NCBI RefSeq assembly: GCF_018350175.1
Contig: NC_058368.1
Span: 77,440,001 to 77,504,000, forward strand
Length of the DNA: 64,000 nt
From: Felis catus
Lineage: Eukaryota
Reading direction: 5' to 3'
In this document: positions 47,601 to 60,876 of the stretch, piece by piece
How the letters are laid out: every line of letters starts with the position of its first letter
How positions within the stretch are numbered: position 1 is the stretch's first letter
Program-made: the position numbers and the translations under genes
Notes under the pieces: generated by a model
What the model was told of the DNA's origin: nothing
The model's input: only the letters and a program-made list of their open reading frames with translations
The model's database searches: none

Positions 47601-50384
47601 AGTAAATAGGCGACATGCTCAAGTTGCAGTCTGCAAAAGCAACAGACTACGTGATTACAATGGCCTAAAGGACAATGTCATTTTTACTTACTATCTCGGT
47701 TACGATATTCTCCTTCTCTCCCAAACCATTTTCGCACTTGTTATGTGTTGCCCATGAAGACTCTGGGACGTGTTCGGGAAATAGTTTACAGATAACGAAA
47801 CAAGGACAGAGAGATTATAGCACCAAACGAATGGAGTTCGGGTCTCGACAGCTAGACCGGCACTGGGAATGCTGGAAACTGGAGACCCCCCCACCCCTCG
47901 AGGGGATGCGGGGAGTGACCGCTACATGAACAGGTCCACACCTCTGGAGTCACCGAAGGGGGCGTTCCAGAGTAGAGAGATTCTAGTGGTGGTCTTTCTG
48001 AGCCTCTTCATTTAAAGTGGAAAGGGGCCTAGAAAGATCACAGGTGATGATGACCTCAAACCCCTGACTTCCAGACCATTGTTTTAATAATGCACCGCCA
48101 TATTAGAAGCCATCAACTGAGCATTGTTCATTCCTAACATCCTCTTTCCCACCCCCTGCAGGTCACTTCATTTCAGGACCGCACTCTGGAAGCTTTGCCT
48201 TATAATTCCACACAGCGGGCTGTCACAAGGCACCCCACCTGCCCCCCAGGCTGGCTTCTGCACTCACATCCCTTAGTGACACTGACCTATTTGAAGATGT
48301 GAGCCAGGACAGCAAAGAGAGAGGAGAGGAGGGGCAATCCAAGGGAACCTGGTCTACAGAAGTCATCTCTAGACTCACAATGAAGAATGACGTGTTTTCC
48401 AGATAATTTTCCGTGCCCAGCAAAGTTTTGGTTGTAATGGCACTAGTGTCGTTGAGCTGAAAAATCTCAAGAGGAAGACTGGGCTGTAGGGGGTTCTTTG
48501 TCTGCTTCCCAATTATGGGGAGCGATGTTAAGCTATGGGGTTCTGGAAGGGAATGCTTTCTGCGGGTATAAGGATGAGCCTAAAATAGTCACCTTTTTGT
48601 TACCAAATAATCATGGTTAACGGGGTCGCCATTATAAATGACCAGTGGAATATATGATGTCAGATTCCCATGACTTCTTTTGGTTCTGGACATTCCATTT
48701 GGCTGTGGCCAATCCTGTGGAGACCCTTTCAAACATACATAAGATTCAAATGTTTCCAATAGAAGCTGGGATTCTCATTTCCTTTAAATATGTTTGCCTC
48801 CCTCCCCCAAATCTATGCCTGTGTTTTAGAGCTAGATAGCAGATTGATATCGCAAATATACACTGGCCTGCTGAAACAAATATCATGTTGGTTACAATTT
48901 TTTATTATGAAGAAAAACGTCAGGTGTTGAAAATGGTTGTCATCTTTGTGTTAGAAGGTTGCTTTCCTATTTCCCCAAGCATTAGCAAGGACAGATTCTT
49001 TCTACAGTTACGACATGTGTTGATACCTTTTATTAGATCCTTTTCTGTCAGCTCTAATGCATTAGTGGCCTGAGTTTTGAGTGTGTGAGGGTGGAATAAT
49101 TGGTTATGTAAGCAAAAGTCTGCTGTAGCAAATGCCTCAGGCTACTGCGCTTTGATGCGTGCAACGCACGCCGTTGCAATGTAAGTAGAGGTAGAGGTCA
49201 AAATACATATTCACGTTCCTGTGTCTGAATGTCTGCTTTCTTCTTTATTTGTGTCCGTGTCTCGTTAAAGCGCGTGGCACCCAGAAATTGGAAATACTGA
49301 TGTATTCTAAGAGAAAAACAAGGAAACAAACCCCCGCCTAAAGATGAGCTAAGGCAAGCGAAGAATGCGTTAGGAGATGGACGGCACACTGAGCACCGGG
49401 CTCCTTGAGCCTCCGATGTCCGTACGCCTTGTCCTCCAGGGCTACGTCTTGGCCCCATTTCCTAAATAAGATGCAAATACCTTCCAGTTTCTGCTGGTGA
49501 CCCACTTTGGGATCCTGTCATAACACTCGGTCTATTCCCCTCCAGAACTTCAGAACTCCCCTTGCTCCCTGGGGCTGCCCTACATTTTGAAGTCCGCCCA
49601 AACTGTGCTCACCACCACGCCGGGGCCCCAGGCTCGTTCCGCACAGGAGAGGGAGCTGGTCAGAAAAGGGGGTGCGACCTCGCCAGTCTGCCAGCCAGGG
49701 AGCTATATGTGGGAGTCTGTGGACACTCATGAGATGCTACAGATGACAAAAAAAGCAAAGCAAATCGACGGCGCTTTCTTATGAAGAGAGAATGTTCCAT
49801 CCAAAGATGAATGGAACTCAGAATGGGGCTCAGAAAACCCCAGCAAGCACTTGTGTCTCCAGCGCTATCCAAGGGATACAAAGCCAACTCCGTTTCTCCC
49901 TTTCTCCTCCTCGTTCACACCTGCCTGGCTTTGCCCCTGCAGGCTTGTCTCATCTTTTCCCTCCTCTCTCCCTTTCATTTGGCGTCAGCCCCAACCGCTC
50001 CACAGAAGCTGTTCTTTCTAAGCAACTTGGCTGCTCCGATGATAAACCCAGCTGCTGAAATGGGTTATTTTCTTATTTGACCTCTTGGCAGCTTTGAACG
50101 CTACTGATGAAGCTCCTTCTTTCAATGCCCGCACTGGCTCCGTGCTCCCGATGATGGGACTTTGGCTGGCCCCTCCCCCAGCCACGCCTCCTCCCTCTGT
50201 ACCTGTCCTTCCTCGTCACCGTCACCGTTGTTTGCTTCCTCTGCCACTCCCCAAAATGTTGGTACCCCTGCGGCTTGTGTTCTAAACTTTCCTCCACATG
50301 TTCTTCCAGGGCAATCATCCACTCTTAGGAGGATTCAATGGTCATCTTTAAAACAGAGAAGCTAAAATCTTTGTTTCCAAAGCA

Positions 50385-50388
<4 letters not shown>

Positions 50389-50440
<52 letters not shown>
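50389..50440. repeat. (TC)n microsatellite
   Basis: Seen directly. Confidence 0.92.
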
Positions 50441-50443
<3 letters not shown>

Positions 50444-50689
50444 CTCTGGCATCTGGTCTACCTTGAAACGGTGAAATGGTCTCCTACCAGTCTCTGTCTC
50501 AGTCCTCTATCCTCTCAATTGCTGTGGGTCCACAGTGGAATTTGGCAACTTCCTCTCGGGGAGAGGCAAGAGTGAGAAATCTGGGAGTCACGCTGGACAC
50601 CCCCTTCTGCTCTGTCCCACGACTGTTTAATCTCGAAGTCCTGTGAGCCCACCTCCTAAATAGCTCTAACACCTGCTCATACCTCTTGA

Positions 50690-50899
50690 GTTTTTAAAAT
50701 GCTTATTATTTTATTTTGAGAGAGAGAGAGAGAGAGCGAGCGAGCAGGGGAGGGGCAGAAAGAAAGGGTGAGAGAATCCCAAGCAGGCTCTGCACTGTGA
50801 GTACAGTACCCTCTGTGGGGCTTGAACTCACGAACTTTCAGATCATGACCTGAACCTAAATGCAAAGTTAGATGCTTAACTGAGCTACCCAACGGTCCC
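50690..50899 (-). mobile_element. Can-SINE
   Basis: Full body; TSD CATACCTCTTGA. Confidence 0.92.
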
Positions 50900-51911
50900 A
50901 TACCTCTTGATTTCTATCGCCACCATTATCATGCCAGCTGCCACCATCACTCGCTCTCCTACACTGCCACATGGATACACCCATGGACCTCATTTGGTGA
51001 TTTCAGGCGTGGACTCCTCCTCCATGCTGTTCTCCACCCTAAACTTAGAATAATCTATCCACCGTTAGTTTGATTACTTCATTGCACCACTTGAAATCAT
51101 TCCAGACCTCTGCACAGCGCTCAGGAAGAAGCTGGAACTCTGTGATGGACCCAGAGATTTGCGACTCTGCTCATCTGGCACGGTAGCTCATTTCTGTCTG
51201 TGCCTCTCTTCACTCTGTGCTCTCTGGCTGTGGAGGGTGACCTGTGGGGCCACTAAATGTGCCATGCCCTCCATGGCCCTGCACCCCCGCTCTTCCTGCC
51301 ACCTGCCTCGCAGATCTCTTAGCCCGGTTGGTTCCTACCACCCTTTGTGGCCGTGTCTGTAAGTCTACATGCACCTCTCACGATCTGAGATGGATGTTTC
51401 TATGGCTTGTGCTAAAGGCAAAGCTCCTTCCTTGTCCATCTTCCCTGCTGGGAGCACTTGTGCGCTTTTGCATCTCAATGCCCTGGGTGTACCTTCCTCG
51501 GAATTCTCATTAAAGATTTGTCCCACGGCCCTCAGGTCTGCAGAGCTCTGTCCAGTGATTTGGTTAGCGTGAGCCAGTCCTCCTGGCTCTCAGATCTCGT
51601 GCAGAACAGCCCAAACCAGAACCTCGATGGGCTTCCAAGACAGTGAAGTGTATGGATCCCTTTGAAGTGATCAGCTAACTCTTTTATTAGAGGCCCAATA
51701 AATCCTTAAGAAACAAGGTTTTGACAGCCTACTTCATGGATTGAACCTCTGTTTCCAAATGCCGTGGTTTAGGTCCTGAGGCACAATGTGGGGTTGGGAC
51801 ACAAGAAGACACGGGTTCCCACCCAAAGAGGAGGCAGGGTGTGGTTTAACACGCAGGGCTGCGGAGAGTGGAGTTTATTCTGCACTTGCTTTTAAAAATG
51901 GATGTGATGTT

Positions 51912-52409
51912 GGGGCGCCTGGGTGGCTCAGTTGGTTGTGCCCAACTTTGGCTCAGGTCGTGATCTCACGGTTTGTGAGTTCGAGCCCCGCATCGGGCTC
52001 TGTGCTAAGAGCTCAGAGCCTGGAGCCTGCTTCACATTCTGTGTCCCCCTCTCTCTCTGCCCCCCCCCCCCCGCTCAAGCTCTATCTCTCTCTCTCTGTC
52101 AAAAATAAATAAAACATTAAAAAAATTTAAAAAAAGAAACAGACATTTTAAATGTCATTATGTGATTAATTTAAAAATCAGCTAAAACTGGGGCACCTGG
52201 GTGGCTCAGTCAGTTAAGTGTCAGCTCAGGTCATGATTTCAGCTCAGGTCATGGTTCGTGAGTTTGAGCCCTGCCTCGGGCTCTGTGGTGATGGCTCAGA
52301 GCCTGGAGCCTGCTTCAGATTCTGTGTCTCTCTCTCTCTGCCCCTTCCCCACTCATGCTCTGTCTCTCTCTGTCTCTGAAAAATGAACAAACATTAAAAA
52401 ATTTTTTAC
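51912..52409 (+). mobile_element. SINE-spacer-SINE composite (51912-52135, 52190-52409)
   Basis: Two SINE bodies separated by ~54 bp; flanked by AAAATGGATGT(G/A)ATG. Confidence 0.9.
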
Positions 52410-52949
52410 AAAATGGATGTAATGCTTTGGCTGAGACTTTGGCTAAAAAGTTTTGGCAGACAGATTACAGTAATTCATACCTTTCCCAAACTACACCTAT
52501 TGTACACTCAGAAATGAATATGAAGATGATAATTAGTAGTTAAATTAAATGCTCAGTAAGCAGCCATTTCTTAGGGTGTCAAGAAAGACCTCTTTTAATG
52601 AGCCACAGTCACCAGATTATCACGTTAGCAACAAAGATGTCGGAAGCTTGAACTACAGACATTGGAAAGGAAGGGATTTCTTTCATGGAGACTACTTCCA
52701 AGTCTGAGCCATGGGTTGACACACTGCCATCCTCAATAGGAACAGGAGTCAACGATAGATCCTTTTGTAGACCGATCGCCAGCCAAGACCTGGGAACACA
52801 GTAGTACTGCATGCCACTTGGCCCCCTAAATCCACCTCTAAACCCACCGTATGAACCATCCTAAAAGTATCCTTTGAGCAGAGCGATCCTACTAGAATTC
52901 ACAGCTTTAAAAAGACAGTGAGCAAACACCTCAATATAAATTCAGTTTT

Positions 52950-53104
52950 GGGGAGTGCCTGGGTGGCTCCTTTGGTTGGGTGTCCGCCTCTTGATTTCAG
53001 CTCAGGTCCTTTTTGATCTCAGGGTCATAAGTTTGGGCCCCATGCTGGGCTCCCCATTGGGTGTGGAGTCCACATAAATGAATGAATGAATGAATGAATG
53101 AATG
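52950..53104 (+). mobile_element. Older short Can-SINE with (AATG)n tail
   Basis: GGGAGTGCCTGGGTGGCTC head; TSD AATTCA(G/A)TTTTGG. Confidence 0.85.
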
Positions 53105-54739
53105 AATTCAATTTTGGACTCCCATGCCTTAAGCGAGTTTGGAATGTTGAAAAGGCTTCAAACAGCGGGAAATCAGCCTTTTGAAGAAAGAAGTGCAGTG
53201 AGTCTGTAGATAAGACGTCTTGAAACTGGTCTTAGGCATATTAAGGGATAATACACTCACCAAGGAAAGAAGGAGAGTAAATGTGTCAAACTTTCCTTAT
53301 TTTGTAGGACTCATAGAATACATAGAGCACGTGATGATTAGTAAATGAATCAGTGCTCTATCCCGGAATGGAGATTAAATCTAGAAAATACCCATACACT
53401 CAGTTAAGCTGTCATAAGTAATCAGTACACTGGCTAAAAAATTCCGATGTATCACTTCTTCATAAGACTAAATAGAAGGGGACGTCCTACAACGGCTTCA
53501 CTTAAGAGAAACACACAAAAAAAGGTCTGAAGAAAGTTAATGCATAGTTTTGTCACAGAACCCAAAGTAAAATATGGAAAATTTGAAATAGCAAAGTAAA
53601 CTCGTCATGTAATTTCTAGTTATTTCTGATAATACTCCTAATCTATCTATTCCAAAATGTTCACATACGTGTATACCTCCCAGAGCTACAATACCAAGTG
53701 CTTTGTGTATCTATCTGAGTTTCCTATGTTATATCGTCAGGGCGTTTCTGTATCCACAGTGCCCAACTGCAGTCCTACTTCACCAATCACAGATTCTCAC
53801 GGGTTCTCAGTTAAAACTATAATGATCTACCTTTGCCCAAAGAAGGTGCCTTGTCCCTTGGTCGCGTGGGACCTTCGCAGTGTCTATGTTGCCCATGGAA
53901 GTGAGCGCTTCTGATTTCGTCGTCAGAGTCGATGCGCAACAGCTATGCCAAGACCGTGCCACTGATATGGTTTCCGGCCTTATCCTGATGTGTCCTGGCA
54001 GCTATGAGGAGCAGGGAGGCTATTAATAGACGGCAGCCCCTGTGTGGATGTGAGCGAACCAGCGCCTTGGGAATACAGCAGTCTTACACGTCACCCGCCC
54101 CTTGAAACATGCTATGGATTGAAACCTGGTCTGTATTGACCGCTAGAAACGTGCCAGTGATCCTGGTAGAATTTATGGCTTTAAGAAGTCACAGAGTGAA
54201 CGCTCTGAAATTCCAATCGGGATTGAGTTGTACGCTGTGATCACCAAACGGGAGAAGCTGACCGAGGCTTCAAAGGTGCCATTCAATTGATCTGTTAGCC
54301 CAAAATTACATATTGAGAGCTGGCTATGGACCTGACATTAGGTAAGTAGCCTTGGGAGCAGGGCTGGGGGCAGGTTAAAAATTCCACCACAAGACCCTTT
54401 TCCTGGCATCACGAATAATATCATCGGATTAAAGGCGATGAGACAAGATGGACTAAGTGGTGTGATGTGACCAGGGCTCTTGTGTTTGGAGGAAGCAGGC
54501 ATCACTGATGAACGAAGGGAGGTGGTTTACTAGGCAAGAGGAGGGGACAGTCCGTGAGAGGGAGTGACAGGGGTCGTCAAAGAGAGGAAAGGGGATAGTT
54601 GCTGATGTGCCTGGGATGCAGGAAGGAAAGGAGGAGAGCAAAGGGTGGGAGGAAGACGGCTGGATGGAAGCAGATAATTAAATATTTCCTAGGATCAGTT
54701 ATCTTGCCAGTGTCCTCCGAGCATCAGCGATGTGACAGG

Positions 54740-54865
54740 AGTGTGACGATTCCAAATTCACAAGTGTGAAAACTCAGGCTCAGAGAATCTCAGCAACTTG
54801 GCCAAAATCCCACAGCAGAACAGAGCAGAGCCAGGCTGAGAATTTGGGTCATTTTACCTACTCCC
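54740..54865 (-). mobile_element. MIR fragment
   Basis: GAAAACTCAGGCTCAGAGA...CAACTTGGCCAAAATCCCACAGC...GCAGAGCCAGG. Confidence 0.6.
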
Positions 54866-54878
54866 ACCCATCATCCAA

Positions 54879-54879
<1 letters not shown>

Positions 54880-54910
<31 letters not shown>
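54880..54910. repeat. (GT)15 microsatellite
   Basis: Seen directly. Confidence 0.92.
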
Positions 54911-54912
<2 letters not shown>

Positions 54913-55113
54913 TAAGATTATTTTGTTATTTTGAGAGAGACAGAGAGACTGCAGGCAGGGGAGGGGCAGAGAGAGACAGGGAGAATCTGAAGCAGGCTCT
55001 GAGCTGTCAGCGCAGAGCACTATGCGGGGCTTGAACTCCTGAAACCCTGAGATCATGACCTGAGCCGAAATCAAGAGTCAGAGGCTTAACCAACTGAGCC
55101 ACCCGGGCGCCCC
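54911..55113 (-). mobile_element. Can-SINE
   Basis: Full body; TSD CCAAATGTGT. Confidence 0.92.
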
Positions 55114-55572
55114 CAAATGTGTTTCACTGTGCATCACTGGCCTCAGGTATAAACAGATACCCACAACCCCCTTACTGGGAGTAAGCTTTGGAGATTCAAA
55201 CCTTCTCTACACTTCATAATCCAATGCATATTTAAATAAGATATTTCAGCCAATGCTATGCGGTTTACTCGATAGTGAAAGATTTTAAATACTGCAAAGG
55301 ATCACAAAGTTTGTGATCTTAACACATGGTTGAAACTCTAGCGTTAGTGACACAAGTCATACTATTGTTAATGACAAAGGAGCCAGAATTTTGTCTGAAA
55401 AAAAAATGCCTCTCATTAGAACTAACAGCTCCCACTAATTAGGAAGCCTACCTTTCTCGTCTTGGTCCTAAATCTGCACCCCCCCCTTCCTCTGCCCTGG
55501 TTATTTCTCACGTCACATTGATTCAACTATTACCTTATACGGAAGTGATACTAAATTATACATACCTTAAAC

Positions 55573-55829
55573 AATACTGGCTGAAAATGTTTATTACTCA
55601 CTCGTTTAAAAATTTTTAGTATATTTCCCTTACATAAACATTGATTTATAAAGTATACACACGCACCATTGCATAATACGCGCACTATAAAACAGATGCA
55701 AAACATAAGCGATGCAAAACATGGGATAGATACCAACTCTGAACAGAATTTTACGATTTTCCTGTCACCTTCCAATGGACCATCTTGTGAATGCCCCGTG
55801 TGTATACACCCCACTTAGGAGAAGCCTGA
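55573..55829 (-). mobile_element. hAT-Charlie non-autonomous element
   Basis: Reverse strand begins CAGGCTTCTCCTAAGTGGGGTGTATACAC...CAAGATGGTCCATTGG, a Charlie-type terminus. Confidence 0.5.
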
Positions 55830-56169
55830 ATTAGTTAAAAAGCAACTGCAAACTCTTGAAGTCCTGGAGAAAATCATGACAGTTGTGAAAATGCGTTGGC
55901 CAGACATCTAAACTGAGCACCTGCTTGAATTGTGCAAACAAATCTTAATGAATTTTATCTAACCAACTAGACAAACAGTAAAAATCCTACTGAAGGTAAG
56001 AACCTTATCTGTCCTTACTTATCAATGAATGATCCACCAGCGGGGGGGCCCGGCCTGGGGCAGGACTTGGTTAACGTTTCCTGAATGATGAATGATTTGG
56101 TGTATACACAAGTCAAAGGAGAGTCCGAATGGCAGTGACCAATGAAGCGGTTCCCTCCTATTCTATTTA

Positions 56170-56396
56170 TTTTAGAAAAAAAAATTTTTTTTTTCAACGT
56201 TTATTTATTTTGGGGACAAAGAGAGACAGAGAATGAACGGGGGAGGGGCAGAGAGAGAGGGAGACACAGAGTCGGAAACAGGCTCCAGGCTCCGAGCCAT
56301 CAGCCCAGAGCCTGACGCAGGCTCGAACTCACGGACCGCGAGATCGTGACCTGGCTGAAGTCGGACGCTTAACCGACTGCGCCACCCAGGTGCCCC
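56170..56396 (-). mobile_element. Young Can-SINE (SINEC_Fc)
   Basis: Near-identical to the 20441 and 28356 copies; perfect TSD CTCCTATTCTATTTA. Confidence 0.96.
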
Positions 56397-57539
56397 TCTC
56401 CTATTCTATTTAGTAGAATTCCTTTTCCTGATCAGTCCTTAATGATTATTATTATTATTATTAATCTAGAAACTGCACGACACCCATTTCTTTTGAGGCT
56501 AAGCAGTAGAAGCTGGGAGAATAAATACAATTTTGGATAAGCCAAAAAGGCTCTGATTTGACTTAGCAACGATAGCAGTAAAAACTCCTATTTCTTTGTT
56601 TTGATTGGTAGGAGCAAGATGTACTGTTTCAACGTTTTAGATCGTGTCATTGCCAAAGAAATCAGAAACACATGTCTTTGAATGGCAAAGTTAAGATGTT
56701 TCAGGGAACGTAGAAATAAATTCACTCATGCGCAATGGCTTCCTAATTCAAATTAAGGCAAACCACGAAGGTTTGAAAGGCAGGGCTTTTGAATCCCTCC
56801 CTCACACGTTTCCTAAGACAAATTTTAATTGGATGTTCTCGCGTTCCATACTTTCCACCGTCTTAACCTGTAGGTTAGTAAAATACAGTGTGTTTCCTGT
56901 TTTCCAAGTATGCTGTGTATGTCTTGGAAAAAAATAAGCTATACTACTCACAGAGTTAAGAATATGAATATAGGCTAATGGACTCTTTCCACTTACCCTG
57001 CGAATGTTGTGCTTAAAAGAATAAAACTCAAGGTCAACAAGAAGACATTTTGTTCCCTCTTCTGCAGAGACAGACACAACACAGTGGCTTGTAGGTAGGC
57101 AAGCCACTCTCAGTTGCACATGTCTTCTTTCACCCAGGGCTTATGTGTTTTTTAACATAAAATCATGCCTTGTTTAAAACAATACAATATCCACTAATAC
57201 TGAAAATTATAACCAGCAGAATTCCTAGTAATAATTTAATTGCTAGTAACTGTGGAAGGTATAGTCTCGGAGCAGAGAGCTGATGATTATAAATTGTGCA
57301 GAATGAATAGGGCGGAACCTGGTCTCATACTCAGAGTAAAACCTGACAGAAAGTCCATAACTGTGCTGGGATACGTCTAAATTAAATTAAGAGAGTACTT
57401 TTTAAAACCATTATGTAGACTGCTATGAGAACATCCGGGTATTTAATGTGAGGAATTTTCTGGGTTGAGAATGCATGTTTCTATGCATCAGTAAAAAATA
57501 AATCATTGGATATACAAATGTCATTTCCATTTTTGTTTG

Positions 57540-57543
57540 GAGA

Positions 57544-57588
<45 letters not shown>
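57540..57588. repeat. (GA)n microsatellite
   Basis: Seen directly. Confidence 0.9.
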
Positions 57589-57589
<1 letters not shown>

Positions 57590-57903
57590 ACATGCAAGTA
57601 GGGAAGAAACTTTCCACATCCAGGAACATTCCTTACATTTTTCCCCTGGGTGGAGCTATGACTCCAATATTCTTGATGGAATTTAGGATTCTTCATAAAG
57701 GCTGTTTCCTTGAGGGTCTGTGAGCTGGAAGAAACAAGATTTACCACAGGGAATGCCTGGGGTTTAAACCCACCCCCTTACTGAAGTCACAGAGCATCCA
57801 GAGAACAGACTGGAGGGAAGACTCTGGGTAAGATGTATATTCTCAAGTGAAGCAATCAGAAAATTCTGGCAAAAACAGTTTGCTTTTAGTCACGGGCATA
57901 AAA

Positions 57904-58036
57904 GGTCTAGCACAATGGCATTGTAATAGCGTTGTGGGGCGACAGATTTAGCTGCGCTTGTGGCCACGGCATACTTGTTGAATCACTATGTTGTACCCCT
58001 GAAACTAATGTAAAACTGTCAACTACACCTCGGCTA

Positions 58037-58068
<32 letters not shown>
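57904..58068 (+). mobile_element. 5'-truncated L1 3' end with (TAAA)n tail
   Basis: GAATCACTATGTTGTACCCCTGAAACTAATGTAA, homologous to the copy at ~41900. Confidence 0.85.
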
Positions 58069-58129
58069 AGAGCTCAGTATGAGGGAAGCATTGTGCCAGG
58101 CAGGTAAAACATATTTTCTCATTTAAAAA

Positions 58130-58205
58130 AATATATGTATCTATATATTATATATTATATGCATATGTGTATTATATGCATATATTATATATAATATATA
58201 TATAC
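58130..58205. repeat. Imperfect (TA)n tract
   Basis: Seen directly. Confidence 0.85.
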
Positions 58206-58599
58206 ACGCAATAAATTTGTTAGAGTTTACGGTACTTTTCATTATTTCAAACCCAGATCCATCTAGAAAATGTCTTTTACATTTTCCCTCATAAGAGCAA
58301 AATCATGTTAATTGCAATTTTATTGGAATGTATAAATATTTAGATGGAAATTGCTTCTTTTATGGTGAAGATTACCCAATAGCCTGTTTCTTTCACATAG
58401 TGCTCCTGTAAAAAGCCATCCAAAAAGGTCTCTCCTTCACTGTGGAATAAACTGAGTAACAAAACATGAGATCCTGATGCTCGTATTTCATAGACCTACA
58501 GTCTAAAAATGGTTAGGTCGGTTTCATGACTTCTTATAATCACTGTCGATCTGAAACAACGGAACGACGTGCATACGTTGAGGAAAGCAAAGATGATAA

Positions 58600-58815
58600 G
58601 CACTAACACACAGCACTCACTACGTGCCAGAAATTGTTGATCAAAGTATTTCGTATAGTAGCTCCTTTGATTCTCCCAGCAAACCTCTGAGGCAAATATA
58701 GCAATATTCCTCCTTTTCCTTGTGGACGTGAAAAATGAGGACCTGAAAGTTTAAATCCCTGACTGCAGTGACCAAGCTAAGCCAGAATTTAAAACCCAGA
58801 CTAGATTCAGACCCC
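58600..58815 (-). mobile_element. MIR
   Basis: GCACTCACTACGTGCCAG...CTCTGAGG...GTGAAAAATGAGG...GCCAGAATTTAAAACCCAG. Confidence 0.65.
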
Positions 58816-60677
58816 ACACATCCAGCCACTGGACTGCATGGCATCTCTGTCCACTGGATACTTTATATTCACAAAGTATGGGGTTCATTTGTCCCTATGT
58901 ATATTGTATGCAGACGTTCTCGGGTTCTATCATCTCAGGAGATTTCTTTCTGGCGAAATAAATGATAAGTATAGATTAAGCACCTCAACACATCGCCAGA
59001 GCGGGAGGGAAAATTCCTTGGGGCCGGACACAATCCACCTGCAACAGTGTTCGTCCTGGTTAAGTCAAAGCCCCAATCCTCTTCTACGTGTCTTCCATCT
59101 TGCAAAACAGGTGTTGTGTACTTCTACATAGACCTTCCTTGTGTGATCACGGATAAGTCCTGTAGTTCTGACTGGTTGTGAATCATGTGGATACTTGCTT
59201 TGTGCTTGCCTTAGTATCCCCTCTGCCCGTGACAGTGTCCTAGACTTGTCATTAGGACAACATGTTTTCTGACACATGTGAAGAGCCCTCCGTGTCTAGC
59301 ACTGTGCCTTGATCGCCTAGGAAGAGTTAGTGAACGGGTTTGATTATTGCAAGCTGTTAAAGATGTTCAAGTCAGAAGGTGTGTAAAACGTCTAAGGCAA
59401 GAGGTAAACACCATGTCTGTAGATGGCTCTGAAGCATCAAAGCAGTGATCATGAATGAATTGAGACCTTCTGATCAACTATTCTTGGTAATTACTCGAAG
59501 TTACGATTCTAGCAAACTACGTTTCTGAAACATCTTCTCCATTACCTAAGTCAAGATTGCATAGTCCTGGTGATTTTCACATCTTGATAAACAAGGAAGT
59601 AACAATGTTTAAAACAATCACACATTCCCCCCGTAGATGCCAGTTTTACAAGACAAGATTGACAATGTAATGGAAAGGAATACGTAACAGACAACTAGCT
59701 TCCTTCATGTGAGAAAGAGCCATGGGAAGCTGTGAGCAGTGGCATTTATTACTTGTGATACATTGGAGATGTGCATTTATTTGCACTTAGCTTATTCAGT
59801 TGAGCTTCCGTGAGTAATACCAACCTCACAGGATTTTAGGAAGGATAAAATAATCACATATATATGTAAGGAAAATCGAATTTAATAAGACCTTGCCAAC
59901 GGTATATACTGGCAAAGACCCATATTTCAAAATGTGAGCTCTGTATGTGTAACACATGCTGGTAAAACCGACGAGTTGCCTTTTCTGTTGACTTTCTCAC
60001 CCCACCAACATTTACTAAGTATCTACTATGTGGAAAGCATATGCTGGAGACGTTGGTAAAGGGAATGGTACCATTATTTGATTATTTGATCCATTTGTAT
60101 TTTTGGTTAATTTAGATCAACAGTGATATCCATGCAGGTGAGGCTCAAAAGAAGGTCCATGGCAGTTCCAACCTATATAGGCTGTTTGAAAAATGCATAA
60201 TACAGGTAAGGAGGCAGCGTGCAATTATGGTCATAGCTCCTATAGTTCTACTGAAATGGCCAGATTGAGAGTCTAATTCAATGAAATCAGATCATCAAAC
60301 ATCTCTCGTAGGGTCTTCGAAGATCCTGCATCTCCAAGGGGTAGACTGAGGAAAGAACTCAGTGTCAGGAGAGTAGGGAGACACAGGAAAGCAGACAGAA
60401 GACCGCTGTATCACTACAGGGGAAAGAGGGCTAGAAGTTAAATGTATGCCTCTGCTGGAGAGGCAAAGCAATGGCGTGAGCCATTTGATGTGCTCTGTTG
60501 TCGAGTTTATCTCAAACATATGCCAAAAAGAGTTTTGTCCTTTTGAGTCATTTGCATTGTTACCCGGAACACCATAAACACAGAGGGTAATATAAGGGTA
60601 ATACACAAGTTGAAGGGTTTTGGAGACTCTTGGTTGATGATGCGTCTGTTTGTCTCCTTGGAAAACCCTCCATTTTA

Positions 60678-60876
60678 TTATTTTTTAAGTTTATTTATTT
60701 TGAAAGAGAGAGAAAGAGAGAGCAAGAGGGGGAGGGGCAGAGACAGAATCCCAAGAAGTCTCTGCGCTGTCAGTGCAGAGCCCAACGTGGGGCTTGAACC
60801 CGCCAACCGCGACATCACGACTTGAGGCGAGATCAAGAGTCAGACACCTAACCGACTGAGCCACCCAGGTGCCCCC
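60678..60876 (-). mobile_element. Can-SINE
   Basis: Full body; TSD AAACCCTCCATTTTA. Confidence 0.93.
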
